DNA of 64,000 bases, from assembly GCA_024704765.1 (NCBI GenBank), contig JAKMXF010000066.1, positions 1-64,000 of the forward strand, in the 5' to 3' direction. The notes below the pieces were generated by a model. It was not told where the DNA came from. It was given only the letters and a program-made list of their open reading frames with translations, and ran no database searches. The translations under genes were made by a program, and so were the position numbers. Each line of letters begins with the position of its first letter. The stretch's first letter is position 1. Below are positions 11,503 to 22,831 of this stretch, one piece after another. The DNA is from Oopsacas minuta (taxonomy: Eukaryota; Animalia; Porifera).

Positions 11503-14500
11503 ATGGACTCTTTCGAGACATATCGTGTTTGTAAGGATTGTTTCGCCGATACTATCACTAGAATCCTACCCACCCTAGAGAAATATCATTACAGAGATGG
11601 GAAGTGTAAAACATGTCTACGCGAATGGATTGGTATTAATGTCGGTTATTATAATCCACACCGGAAATGGTGTATAATCAGGCCACGCCCCTTCAACAGT
11701 GAGCTTGCCATGTGTCAATACAAAATGAGAGGCAACTGCTATAGAGAATGGAAGTGTAGGAGGGCTCACAATCAGCTGGAGCTTGAGATATGGATTGAAG
11801 ATGAAAAGCTGTTGATGAATAGGAAGCGGCCAAGTAAGCCTAAATTTGGTTGTGTTATTTGCCGCAAAGAATTCAGAGACTCTGACAATTTGAATACTCA
11901 TTTATTTGGAAGAGAACATGAAACAAGGGCTAAGAACATGTGGATACTACCAGAAGTTGGGTCTAGTATACATTACACAGGACCAATTCGCACCCGACCA
12001 CGTCCGCCCTTTGGAAAAGACTCATACGAATTGTGTCGGAGGTTCGCGAGGAGTGAGAGGTGTCAATTCGGTACAGGTTGTAGACATGCACATTCTATGG
12101 AGGAGCTTAAAGTTTGGATGGATGCTCTCACAGCAGATAGATACCAGCGTCAGGATCAACGGTATAACTTTTCGGGTCGCTCAAGAGGAGAGCAGTCATC
12201 TTCAAGCAGTCATATGGGATCTATGCCCTCAGAAGGAGGCGCTAGTCGGTACCCATCAGATAGCAAACCGCCCCCTCAAAGCAGGGCGAGACAGAAATAC
12301 TCAACTTCCGCTCCTCCTAATAAGACCGAAGGAGAACCTGAACATGTCAAAGAAGTGTATAGGAGAATCGGCGATTACGGGATTGACCCCTGTCTCAGAT
12401 ACTTCCCGAAACACATTAAAATTAATTGTGATAGATCATTAACAGTGACAGTAGAAGAAAATGCTGAACTAAAATGGTTGTTTTATCTTAAAGCGACACA
12501 ACATGATGAACTGCACTCTATTGTATTGTGTGATCACAAGAAGATATTCACACTTGGCGAAGTATTCAGATGTTCTACCAGGGGAAGTGCCAGGATGGAG
12601 GTGAAGCAACAATTCGTACCTAACAGAACTAACTACTTAATTTCTCAGACGTTTGATTCGGATTCCTACTTCGAAATTGCTCTCAAATGCAAGCCTGTAG
12701 TAGGGATTTATAAAGCTCAAATAATATTTCTCTTAAAAGATGAGATATTAGTTGCAAAGGAGGTTAAAGTTAAGATGCATGGAGAAGGATTCATTAATGT
12801 GTGTGAGAATTTCCATATAGCCACAAAACAACCACAAGTTAGGGTAACAATGGTTCAAGACTTGTTAAAGGTAAATTGGGAACACAATTTCGAGTTAATC
12901 AACACAAATAAAAGCAATCTTGAATATCAGTTACCTAACTACATAGAAGATAATATCAAATCTGGATTCTATGATAATTTACCTAATGAGATTAGCAAAG
13001 AATTCTATGCGAAGAGATTTCACGCTTTGTTGTACATAGAAGAATTCGAGCATAAGAGATCACTAATGCGGTATGACCTCCCCGACCAGTTAATCACATT
13101 CAATTCGGTAGAGAAACAGATAACTATTGAGAACGATTACGGAAGAAATTATCTAGAAGTAGCTCCCGGAGATACTCGATTCCTAAGTTTGAAGTTGAAC
13201 CATCGTCTCTTTGAAGGATATAGGACCTTCAGACCCCCTAAGCAAGCATACATTATTCCAAATGGTACTAGGAAGGCGTATGAATACAGGGTGTGCCATA
13301 CAGGAGTTGATTATGTTGTTTTATCTATAAATGCTGATTTGATAAGAGCTTGTCAGACCAGTGGAGGACAAGCTTTGGTTAGATTCGCACCAGAGCGAAA
13401 GGAATATGTAGATATGCACGAAGTACTTGATGAAGTTAACTTGCCCGTCCTCTTCCCGATACATAGGAAAGTAGAGGTACCATATGCATGGGATGTAGAC
13501 CATCTGTTGGGGCTGTTGGATTACGAGGAATTGTCCCTACAGCAAAAAGTAGCTGTATACAGCATAATAGACTCTAAATATCAAAGTTTTCCTACTATTA
13601 TATCTGGGCCTTTCGGCTGTGGAAAAACCAAAACTCTCTGCATAACTACTAAGTTGATTTCTCGCTCATTTCACGGGGCTAGAATCCTGATAGTTACCAA
13701 AACAAACAGCTCGGCTAATCTTTATATAGAGTTATTGCAGACACACTTCGATACAATCACAATGTACCGTGAGAAGCTAGGAAATAAGAAAATTATGTTT
13801 AGACATTTTTCAAAAAGCAGAAGCCTGCAAATGGATAAAGAAATGAGAGATTTCGCAAACATAGAGGATGGTACTTATAAAGGGATTAGGTTTTATGAAT
13901 TAGAAGCTTGTACTATTGTAATAACAACCTTACCTGCTCTACCTTCCCTCCTACCCCCCAAATCTCGTTACAAGTCTAAATCTCTATTCTCTCACATCTT
14001 CTTAGATGAAGCTGCCCAGGTGATTGAGCCAGAGGCCTGTCTAGCATTGTCTTTTGCTGGCAATAAAACTAAAATAGCTTTAGCTGGAGATGTGTATCAA
14101 ACTAAACCACTGATTCTATCCAAATACGGTAAGCAGTATAATCTTGATGAATCTCTGCTGCATCGATTTGAGCTACTCCCTGAATATCAAACTGAATCTC
14201 TACAGAAATGCAAAGTTGAATTAACAGAGAACTTCAGATCACAAGAGACAATTGTACAATTCCTTTCTGATCTCTTCTATGATGAATCATTAAAGGCTAA
14301 CCCTCCCTCACTGCTAGGACCGACTAGCTACCCTGCTCTCTCATTTCTTCATGTGAGTGGAGATGAACAGAGCCTCCATGGATTTCCTTCTTTCTATAAT
14401 AAAGAAGAAGCCCAATTAACGATACTAGCCCTAAAGAAGTTCATAGCTGCTGGTGTAAAGGTAGAAAAAATAGCAGTACTAACCACTTACAAAGCTCAAG

Positions 14501-15585
14501 TAAGATTTATCATAGAAGCTCTGAAGGAAGAGAGAGCTAGCTGTAGCAGAATGAGACATTCTAAGGAGCAGTGTATACACATGAAGTGTATAAGTACTCA
14601 TAATATCAATGTAAGGAATCTAGAAGGAGTACAGGGTAGAGAGTATGATCTTATTATCGTCAATACCGTCAGGACGATTTCAGAAATCAATGAAGATATG
14701 CCCATTGAGGACAGAGTTGATTTAGGTCTGTTAGATGACGTCACACAGTTTAACACTATCCTAACTAGAGCTAGAGGCTGGGTGTTAGTTATAGGAGATA
14801 TGGATTGTCTGCTTAAAGTAGGAGAATGTTCTTATGTCTGGAATAAGTACGTTGAGGCCTGTGATAACGTAAATGGGTTATTTAGATGTGCTGAAGAGTT
14901 CGATGGTTTCAATATGGAGACTAATATACCTGCAAAGAAATTACAGCCATCAATACGAAAAGAAGCTTCTACACCTGTAACATCAAAACCAAATATAAAA
15001 CCCCCTCCTCTATCACCATATGATATAAAATATAACTCACTCGACACTTTCATGACAACATGTCACCGTGAATTGGATAACTCACAAAACTCAGATGTCT
15101 TAGAAGCTATACAAAAACAATTGAATCTTGCTAAGATAGCACTAGAAACTATGGAATTTCAACGATATACAGAGCAACACTCTATCCTCACTAACTACAA
15201 GATGGAATCCAATTCTCCTGCTAAAGTACAACATGAATCTGATAAATGCATTATAGACAGCAGCCCACCAGTTGTACAACCGAAGATACATGAAATACAA
15301 CATCAACAAACCGATTCTCAAAGTGAGTATCTTTCTACAGCTAGTAAACCCCATGGCGCTGACGCCTACATAGCAGACAATAACCTACCAGCTGAACTAC
15401 CAAAGATACAACAACAACAACAAACGTTCTCTATTCTCCCGAATACCCCTACAGGAGTTCATTCAACACCTCATGTACCTCATGGGGCGACTTATAATCC
15501 AGGATATGTACCAATTACTCAGCCACTGCCGTTGCTGTTTCCACCGGATCTAATCCAACATCAACAGAAACAAGAGCCGAGCTAA
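11503..15585 (+). CDS. HELZ: HELZ-like helicase with zinc fingers (UPF1-like SF1 RNA helicase), single exon
   Basis: Two CCCH fingers ending in AH(N/S)xxELxxW, a C2H2 finger (CVICRKEF...HLFGREH), Walker A ISGPFGCGKT, TKTNSSANLYIE, Walker B DEAAQ, LAGDVYQ, ENFRS, QGREYD, TRAR; Q/P-rich tail. Start placed at ATG 11503; the ORF is open from 11428. Confidence 0.85.
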   Translation: MDSFETYRVCKDCFADTITRILPTLEKYHYRDGKCKTCLREWIGINVGYYNPHRKWCIIRPRPFNSELAMCQYKMRGNCYREWKCRRAHNQLELEIWIEDEKLLMNRKRPSKPKFGCVICRKEFRDSDNLNTHLFGREHETRAKNMWILPEVGSSIHYTGPIRTRPRPPFGKDSYELCRRFARSERCQFGTGCRHAHSMEELKVWMDALTADRYQRQDQRYNFSGRSRGEQSSSSSHMGSMPSEGGASRYPSDSKPPPQSRARQKYSTSAPPNKTEGEPEHVKEVYRRIGDYGIDPCLRYFPKHIKINCDRSLTVTVEENAELKWLFYLKATQHDELHSIVLCDHKKIFTLGEVFRCSTRGSARMEVKQQFVPNRTNYLISQTFDSDSYFEIALKCKPVVGIYKAQIIFLLKDEILVAKEVKVKMHGEGFINVCENFHIATKQPQVRVTMVQDLLKVNWEHNFELINTNKSNLEYQLPNYIEDNIKSGFYDNLPNEISKEFYAKRFHALLYIEEFEHKRSLMRYDLPDQLITFNSVEKQITIENDYGRNYLEVAPGDTRFLSLKLNHRLFEGYRTFRPPKQAYIIPNGTRKAYEYRVCHTGVDYVVLSINADLIRACQTSGGQALVRFAPERKEYVDMHEVLDEVNLPVLFPIHRKVEVPYAWDVDHLLGLLDYEELSLQQKVAVYSIIDSKYQSFPTIISGPFGCGKTKTLCITTKLISRSFHGARILIVTKTNSSANLYIELLQTHFDTITMYREKLGNKKIMFRHFSKSRSLQMDKEMRDFANIEDGTYKGIRFYELEACTIVITTLPALPSLLPPKSRYKSKSLFSHIFLDEAAQVIEPEACLALSFAGNKTKIALAGDVYQTKPLILSKYGKQYNLDESLLHRFELLPEYQTESLQKCKVELTENFRSQETIVQFLSDLFYDESLKANPPSLLGPTSYPALSFLHVSGDEQSLHGFPSFYNKEEAQLTILALKKFIAAGVKVEKIAVLTTYKAQVRFIIEALKEERASCSRMRHSKEQCIHMKCISTHNINVRNLEGVQGREYDLIIVNTVRTISEINEDMPIEDRVDLGLLDDVTQFNTILTRARGWVLVIGDMDCLLKVGECSYVWNKYVEACDNVNGLFRCAEEFDGFNMETNIPAKKLQPSIRKEASTPVTSKPNIKPPPLSPYDIKYNSLDTFMTTCHRELDNSQNSDVLEAIQKQLNLAKIALETMEFQRYTEQHSILTNYKMESNSPAKVQHESDKCIIDSSPPVVQPKIHEIQHQQTDSQSEYLSTASKPHGADAYIADNNLPAELPKIQQQQQTFSILPNTPTGVHSTPHVPHGATYNPGYVPITQPLPLLFPPDLIQHQQKQEPS

Positions 15586-16380
15586 ATATAATATTCCCAT
15601 GAATGAGAAATGAATAACTTGAATTTATTACTAAGTAAGTGTGAACTAATAGCTCCCGTATAGATTAGGCATTTGAGTATATTCAACTCTTACATCTTGT
15701 ATACCCCCAATATGTAATATGCATTTTATTGCTACTTTTTCTATCTTTTCTGATAATTGTTCGAATTTGTTTTGTAGTTTTGTATGCAGTGACGCTAGCA
15801 TCCTCAGTATATCCCATAGGCCAGCTCATCGTCCACGTAATTTGGAATTAACAGAATTTTTAAAATCACTCCTTCGTGAGTTATTAAATTAACTCCCAAC
15901 GTCCCATGCATAGTCGATAAATTATTTATACAATTATTCACGTTACAATCTAAAATGATTGATTGTGGAGTCGAAATTGGGTTTTCTTACTAAATTTCTA
16001 CTGAGGGTATCTGAGGGTATCTGGAAAAACTGAATTCAAATATTTCTCATATGGAAAAGTATTACGGAGAAGTATTTATTAAGACCTTGCTTATGGAGTT
16101 TCAGGGGCTTATTTACGAAAATTATTTGCCTAACTTAGAATTGACATAATGTTTTGGTTAAATTGTCCTAGAACGATCCTCAAAATCTTGGTAGAAAATC
16201 CAAATCTTATCATTGGTGAAGAATCATTTGTTCCAAACAATTTCAGAATTTTATTTATTTCAAACTTCACCAAGAGTATACTTAAAAACCATTCAAAATT
16301 GCTGTATCTATTATCCAATTTGCTAATGTTTACAGATATCTGTGCTAGATTCTCTATTGTACTCAATCAGAGAGACAGAA

Positions 16381-19300
16381 ATGGATGAACTTTCTCGATC
16401 TTTAAATCTACCCTCATCTCCTACCCGATTGACCCTTCTCGATGCTATTTCTCTTGATTGCGATATGAATAATGCACTTTCTTCCAAATCTGATCTTCCG
16501 CGTTATATGTTGAGAAGAATTATGCTTCTCGATACATCAAGCAGAAAGCTGCCAAATATTGGTGGACAAGTCAATACTCCCAGAATTGTTAACTCAAATC
16601 CATTATCATCTTTCTTGGATGAAGATGAAGATGACGATCTAATTCATCCAATGGATATATTCCTATATTTGTTCCAGATATCAACTCCTAGCTTTAGGCA
16701 AACTATTGTCAATCAGGTAGCTAAATGTCAGCTGTCACTCCCACTCATAACTCATGATAGTGACAAGAATGAGGTTGTTTTGAATCATTTTGCCTTCCAA
16801 ACTCTTGTTTTGAATCGTTATGTAGATGGAAATGATGCCAAGTGTTTTTCCGTTCTGGAAGAACCTATCCCAATTGTATCATTCATCAGAGTTGGAGATT
16901 GCGATAACAGTCAAAAATCAGAATTATTAAATAGAATACTAAATGTAAGACACGAGTATTTTTCTCACAGCAATTGTCCTGATAGTACGAAAAAGCGATT
17001 TCTTCTGAATGGGACAGTTGAAATTGCTTGGTATTTACCAAAGTATAGGGAAAATATTAACATCAATCATCATTTTGTTTTGCTTAATCTTAGAGGAGAT
17101 GCCAGTCTATATACAAAACAGAGTAATTTTATCGGTGAAATATCTAATTTAGTTTATGTATTTGTTCCGCTATCAAAGCTGACACACGAAATGTCCTGTC
17201 AGTTAGAAAAATTTAAAGAACACTTTAAATCTAAAGTAATATTTCTCGTTTATAAAACAAAATCTCAGAAAAATCCTGCCATTAAAGTAATTCCGAACAT
17301 TTTGAATGATGAAAATAGTACAATAGCTCTTCACAAGAAAAACCTCAGCGAAGACTCAGGTCGCATTGCTAAATCTATCTCACTTTTTTTGGATAGCACC
17401 AACCATCCTCCTATCCCATTGTCACAATGTATCCAGAGAGCGCTTGATACTGGAATAATGAGTGATCTTATAAAGAATGATATAAAGTTGAGACAGGAAT
17501 TTGTTTATTCGATTTGCGATGATTTTCCTTGTTATGCCCCAGATGAATTAAATCCGAGCCCGATGGCAAATATGAAAGACAAATTATTGCCTCTCCAGGG
17601 TTATTTCAGGAACTGGGCAGAATCTAGCAGAGAATTGCAGCTCCTAGCTGGTAGTAAAAGAAATGTGGAAGAACACATTAACACCGCTCAAAAGAAACAA
17701 CAGGAAGCTAGGTTGTCACAAATACAGAAACTATCCAAACCTTCAAGTTTGATATGTGGGATAATGAATCAATGTCATAAATACTCTACTGATAAAAATG
17801 AAATTCTAATATTTTTTGAATTGCTTGAAGACAAATTAAATACCATTTCTAGCAAATATCTTCCTATATTATACAATCAGTACAAGAAATGGCTAATGGA
17901 ATCTTATTCAAAACAGCCAGACTCAATACCTTTAGCAGAAAGAGATGCCAAACAACAACAAGCAAAACGAAAGTTAGCCGAAGCTGCAGAATGCATAACT
18001 CGTTCTTCACTAGGTATAGAGCATGTATTTCGTGAATTAGGTCAAATTTATGAAGCCTTTATTAGTAGCAACGATGCAAAATTGAAAACTTCTATAAAGA
18101 ATAGACTCAAATTCCGTCCAACTCTCCTACCAGATATTATAGCCAATTTAATTATTCAAGGACATTCATTTGAAATTCTTAATGGAGATGACAATCATAT
18201 TCCTCTCATGTGGGTTTCTGACGTACTATCAAAACTCTCTAAGATTTTAGGTACAGACAAGAAATTGTTCGTGATTTCTGTACTCGGAATTCAAAGTAGT
18301 GGAAAGTCAACATTGCTGAATACAATGTTTGGTATTAAATTCCCAGTTTCATCTGGCCGCTGTACTCGTGGAGTGTTCCTGCAAATGATTCCAATTACTG
18401 AGGAACTCAAAAATAAAATTGGATTTGATTTTCTTTTCCTACTCGACACAGAGGGACTTCGGGCTCCAGAATTGTCTGGAGGCCTCTCCTATAGGAGAGA
18501 CAATGAATTGGCTACCTTTACTGTCGGGTTAGCGGATTTAGCTCTGATTAACATAAAAGGCGAGAGTCACTCAGAAGTTCAGGACATCTTGCAAATAATC
18601 GTAATTGCATTCATGAGAATGAAACTAACCTCAAATAAACCGAAATGCATTTTTGTACATCAAAACGTTGGTGACCCTCAAGCCAAACTCAGCTTAATGA
18701 TAGCAAGGAATAATCTTATTGATACTTTGAATGAAATGACTGTATGTGCTGCTCAACAGGAAAACAAAGAATTGCAATTTTCCAAGTTTTGTGATGTCAT
18801 AGAATTTAATCCTGAGGAAGACGTGTTTTACTTTCCAAGCCTCTTTGAAGGAGAACCCCCTATGACTTCTATCGCTCCTGGATACATAGAGAGAGCACAG
18901 GAATTGCGTACGAAGATTATAACAAGTATTTCTTATCAAAATAGACAATATCAAATTATCAGAGAGTGGAAGCGAAAATTACTAGATATTTGGAATTCTG
19001 TTTTGAAAGAAAACTTTGTATTCAGTTACAAAAATATTCTCGAGGTTAATGCTCGTGTTGAATTAGATAATGCATTGTGTTATTGGCATTCATTCTTTAT
19101 TCAAGAAATGGCCGCTGTCAAATCCGGACTTTTGAATAGACTCTATAATGTTGAGTATGAATCGCTTCAAGATACTATGCAAAGGATTCAAGTTGAGCTG
19201 CATACAATGTTGGCTGATACAGATTCACACTGTGATAGAATTATTGACTACTTTTTCATACAACATGGAAAGAAAGCTATATTTGAGCAATGGCGATATC

Positions 19301-21258
19301 AAACTGAGCAATTTTTCATATGTTGTAAGGAAAAAGAAATACGAAAAATTTTAGAAGATTGTGAAACTATCTGCAAAGTTGGAAAACAGAAACAAGATAT
19401 AGATTCCAAATTTCGTGATTATCGTAAGGAGATAGTTTTTGAAGTACGTCGGATTTTTGATAGTTCCAGAGATCAGGAATCATTTGATATTCCTGGTTAT
19501 ATGGATAGTAAATTTGAAATACTTTGGAAAAACTGGAAGTCCCCTTTTAATGATACTTCATGTTTGGGAAATACTGATATTTCATATGATTTACAACAAA
19601 TTCTCTTTGAATCTTCTCAATTAAAACAACTCGACGTATTTAGTTCGAGGAAAGATTACATCTTCGATAAAAATAAATTTAAGTTGGTTGGTATGGGTGA
19701 ATTTAGTGAGATTTCTAAGAATCTATCTAAAAATGAAGGAGAATTTAGTTATTATCAAGTTTTGGATTACCAAAACAGCATTTGGAGTTTTGGAGAAATT
19801 ATGAATTTTTTCTCTCGTAAAGAGAATGAGCCAAACGCGATTCAGCGGAAGCTGCAGTCAATTCTAATTGATCAAACAAATACGATTGATGAAACAATCA
19901 GAAAACTTCCTAACAATTCGAATTACTCTGCTAATTACTTTTGTATTTTGATAGACAAATGTATTACCCTCATTTATGAACACAACAAATCTGAAAAGCT
20001 TACTAACGCTCGTCAGTCAATCATACTCAATAATTATTACATATTTGACTTCGTATTTTATCAATGTTGTAGAGCAATAAAACAATTTGAAAGTTTACAA
20101 GAAAATTTTTTAGAACAAAACAGTTTAGAATTAAAACTTGAAGAACTAGAATCTATTTTGAAAGAAAATTTTTTTCACCTCTGTACAGGCATTAAATCAG
20201 AAAATATTTGCGCTAATCAATTAGCTTCAATTACATTAAAAGGAATGAGAACTTATCTCGAAGATACTGTAATTCAAAATCTACAAAAACTATTTATTAA
20301 CACCTCCGAATATAAAACTATTTATTCCAGCAGAGCATCTCTCCAGCTTTCTATCCTGAAGCACTTAGCTAAAAAGAAGGATTTTGACTCCTATATTTCG
20401 TATATCAACTCTCCATTCATTTATATCAGTACTTATATAGAATCGAATATTCTAGAATATTCTCAGAGACTATCTACCATTAATAGCTTATTTGTTGATG
20501 TAACTCAATCTGCTCATCATTTCAAGACTCGCTGTATTAATGCAGCAATATCTGCAAATACTCAAGACATACAGTCATGGGATGGATGGAAACGACATTT
20601 CCATGATGCTATTGTTAAGGTTGTTAGGAAAGTTAAGCTGAGTGACTTGGATATTCTGGATTTATATAATGTAAATAATTACCAACATTTCTCAGAATTA
20701 TTTTCGCAATCATTAAATAGATCAATGGAACAGTTTGAATGGAAAGCTTGGGTGGAAGAGATTTTGAATTCTTATCAATATAAAGAGATCAAAGATAATA
20801 TTGCAAATACAATAATAGAATGTAGAGCTTTGTGTCCATTCTGTCGAGAACCTTGCCAGCTATCAGCTGGAGAACATGAACATTATTGTGGAACATTCCA
20901 TAGACCTCAAGGGATCAGTGGATGGCATTACAAAGAATCTAAGCAAATAGCTCTTGAAGAATGTACCAAAGATGTCCTATATAAAAATAAATTTCTATAT
21001 CACAAGAAAAGTTACAATTACTCAGATTATCGTACAGTTAATGAGTATTTCAATTCCTGGAGGATTCTAGGAGAAGATTCAATTGAAGCTAAATACTGGC
21101 AATGGGTCTTATACACTTTTCATAAGGAATTTGTTGATCACTATGGATTGGTGGGAAATGAAGAGATCGACATTGGATGGGTCCATCTTAATGAGGAAGA
21201 GGTTATTGATGATATTGAGAGGCATTATCAAAATTATGTTTTTAAGACAATCTTTTAG
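16381..21258 (+). CDS. GVIN1: Very large inducible GTPase (GVIN1/URGCP family, VLIG-type G domain), single exon
   Basis: G1 VLGIQSSGKSTLLNTMFG, G2 SGRCTRG, G3 LLDTEGLRAPEL, DNELATF; N-terminal IHPMD and LAKCQ-like motifs; C-terminal CPFCREPC...HEHYC..FHRPQG. First ATG at 16381. Confidence 0.9.
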   Translation: MDELSRSLNLPSSPTRLTLLDAISLDCDMNNALSSKSDLPRYMLRRIMLLDTSSRKLPNIGGQVNTPRIVNSNPLSSFLDEDEDDDLIHPMDIFLYLFQISTPSFRQTIVNQVAKCQLSLPLITHDSDKNEVVLNHFAFQTLVLNRYVDGNDAKCFSVLEEPIPIVSFIRVGDCDNSQKSELLNRILNVRHEYFSHSNCPDSTKKRFLLNGTVEIAWYLPKYRENININHHFVLLNLRGDASLYTKQSNFIGEISNLVYVFVPLSKLTHEMSCQLEKFKEHFKSKVIFLVYKTKSQKNPAIKVIPNILNDENSTIALHKKNLSEDSGRIAKSISLFLDSTNHPPIPLSQCIQRALDTGIMSDLIKNDIKLRQEFVYSICDDFPCYAPDELNPSPMANMKDKLLPLQGYFRNWAESSRELQLLAGSKRNVEEHINTAQKKQQEARLSQIQKLSKPSSLICGIMNQCHKYSTDKNEILIFFELLEDKLNTISSKYLPILYNQYKKWLMESYSKQPDSIPLAERDAKQQQAKRKLAEAAECITRSSLGIEHVFRELGQIYEAFISSNDAKLKTSIKNRLKFRPTLLPDIIANLIIQGHSFEILNGDDNHIPLMWVSDVLSKLSKILGTDKKLFVISVLGIQSSGKSTLLNTMFGIKFPVSSGRCTRGVFLQMIPITEELKNKIGFDFLFLLDTEGLRAPELSGGLSYRRDNELATFTVGLADLALINIKGESHSEVQDILQIIVIAFMRMKLTSNKPKCIFVHQNVGDPQAKLSLMIARNNLIDTLNEMTVCAAQQENKELQFSKFCDVIEFNPEEDVFYFPSLFEGEPPMTSIAPGYIERAQELRTKIITSISYQNRQYQIIREWKRKLLDIWNSVLKENFVFSYKNILEVNARVELDNALCYWHSFFIQEMAAVKSGLLNRLYNVEYESLQDTMQRIQVELHTMLADTDSHCDRIIDYFFIQHGKKAIFEQWRYQTEQFFICCKEKEIRKILEDCETICKVGKQKQDIDSKFRDYRKEIVFEVRRIFDSSRDQESFDIPGYMDSKFEILWKNWKSPFNDTSCLGNTDISYDLQQILFESSQLKQLDVFSSRKDYIFDKNKFKLVGMGEFSEISKNLSKNEGEFSYYQVLDYQNSIWSFGEIMNFFSRKENEPNAIQRKLQSILIDQTNTIDETIRKLPNNSNYSANYFCILIDKCITLIYEHNKSEKLTNARQSIILNNYYIFDFVFYQCCRAIKQFESLQENFLEQNSLELKLEELESILKENFFHLCTGIKSENICANQLASITLKGMRTYLEDTVIQNLQKLFINTSEYKTIYSSRASLQLSILKHLAKKKDFDSYISYINSPFIYISTYIESNILEYSQRLSTINSLFVDVTQSAHHFKTRCINAAISANTQDIQSWDGWKRHFHDAIVKVVRKVKLSDLDILDLYNVNNYQHFSELFSQSLNRSMEQFEWKAWVEEILNSYQYKEIKDNIANTIIECRALCPFCREPCQLSAGEHEHYCGTFHRPQGISGWHYKESKQIALEECTKDVLYKNKFLYHKKSYNYSDYRTVNEYFNSWRILGEDSIEAKYWQWVLYTFHKEFVDHYGLVGNEEIDIGWVHLNEEEVIDDIERHYQNYVFKTIF

Positions 21259-21442
21259 TAATCTATTCGTATTCCCTCTATTTAGTAATACGAACTATTT
21301 TGTATATTGATATATTCTTAGATAGTAAATTTTGACTTACAAACATTATCGATACTATTTGTATTCTTTTAGTGTATTGTATTTAGATTTTTCACCTTCT
21401 AAAGATTTTATTTATATATCCTATTTTTTACTGTCCCTACTA

Positions 21443-21779
21443 TCTGTATTATATAATCTCAATTGTTGTTTGTCTGTTTGTTTGTTTGTCCGTTGTCAAG
21501 GAAAGGATTTACGGTATGCATTTTTGAAATTGTCACATAACTATGTATTTATCGTGTTTATCAAAGAAGTAAATAGAATTCAATGAAACTTCACTAAATA
21601 TGTTGAACATGCTGAATCCGATTTTCACACTTTTGGATTAATCATATGTAAATTTATTGTATACGAGCCTATAACAATGTCAAAATCTCATATTTCGAGG
21701 TTAACCTTGACGTATAATACTTTATACGCGTATTATACAACTTAGATTGAAATATTATAATAATCGTAGAGACTTGCTC
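21443..21779 (+). mobile_element. Helitron-like non-autonomous element, 5' part
   Basis: Begins A|TCTGTATTATATAATCTCAATTG, then GTCTGTTTGTTTGTTTGTCCG and the GCTGAATCCGATTTTCACAC core shared with 30670-31201, 33186-33830 and 53671-54110. Confidence 0.6.
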
Positions 21780-22575
21780 CATGGCCTACCATATACACGG
21801 CTAGCTAAGCAAAGAAGAGCCAAAATAATATCCAGGCCATTGATCATATTCTCTTTGATTATGAAGGATTGCAGTTATCATTACAAATTCAACTGTAAAT
21901 AGGATCCCACATACGGCGGAGACATCTAGAATACTTTTGAACCTGCTTCCAAGTTATTTTAACCACACTGACGCAATCAAAAATTTTTCATTTTTATCAA
22001 TTTTTTCAGAAACTCTCAAAACTGAAACTAACCCTTTTTATTCAAATACCTTCTACTTGTTAATGTTAGTTTAAGTAACCAAAAGATGATCTTCATTTTC
22101 ATAAACACTCGTTAAATAATCATTTTAGTGATATTCGGCGTAAAAACAACATTAAATAGTCAATCCTAGAATATCGAAGAAATTCCATCAAAGATGTATG
22201 CAAACACAAAATAAGTCAAAACTGTTAACCACTTTTATAAGCGTATTTAATACAGTCTTTCTATTGTGTTTTTGTGCTAGTTAATACAAATCATGATTCA
22301 TTTCATGGGATTTGTGGGTTTTCGATAATATTGGTATTTATTAGTAAAATAATTACCATTATTAAAGGTGAACTTTGATTGCGTTATTGTGGTTAAAATA
22401 ACTTGGAAGCAGGTTCAAAAGTATTCTAGATGTCTCCACCGTATGTGGAATCCTATTTACAGTTGAATTTGTAATGATAACTGCAATTCTTCATGATCAA
22501 AGAGAATATATTCAATGGCCTGGAAATTATGTTGGTAATTCCTTGCTTAGCTAGCCGTGTATATAGTAGGCCATG
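21780..22575. mobile_element. Foldback-type element with about 200-bp inverted arms
   Basis: 21780-21981 is the imperfect reverse complement of 22374-22575; spacer about 390 bp; no TSD seen. Confidence 0.75.
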
Positions 22576-22831
22576 ATTCTATGTAATGTAAATTTTTCGG
22601 ATTCCTCGTAAAAGTTTTCAATATTAATTAAGAATTAGGGCCTAGTTTGGCTATAGCATGGGCCCTTGACTGTGATCCGCTGGGATTTCAAAAACCGATA
22701 TCGATATTTGCCCAGCCTGGCTTTGGATTACAAAGATTTAAACCCTAAACACAGTACTGACTATTATTTCAATTATATTTATATTAATTTTCGTACTTAG
22801 CTTATTCTCAGATATTTTGTTGAGCGGATGG

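Noticed and set aside
11906-12442. 178-aa overlapping alternative-frame ORF inside the HELZ-like gene
   Set aside because: No recognisable motif; such lengths are expected by chance in off-frames of a long CDS.
16001-16023. CTGAGGGTAT tandem duplication upstream of the GTPase as a regulatory site
   Set aside because: A 10-bp slippage duplicate with no supporting evidence of function.
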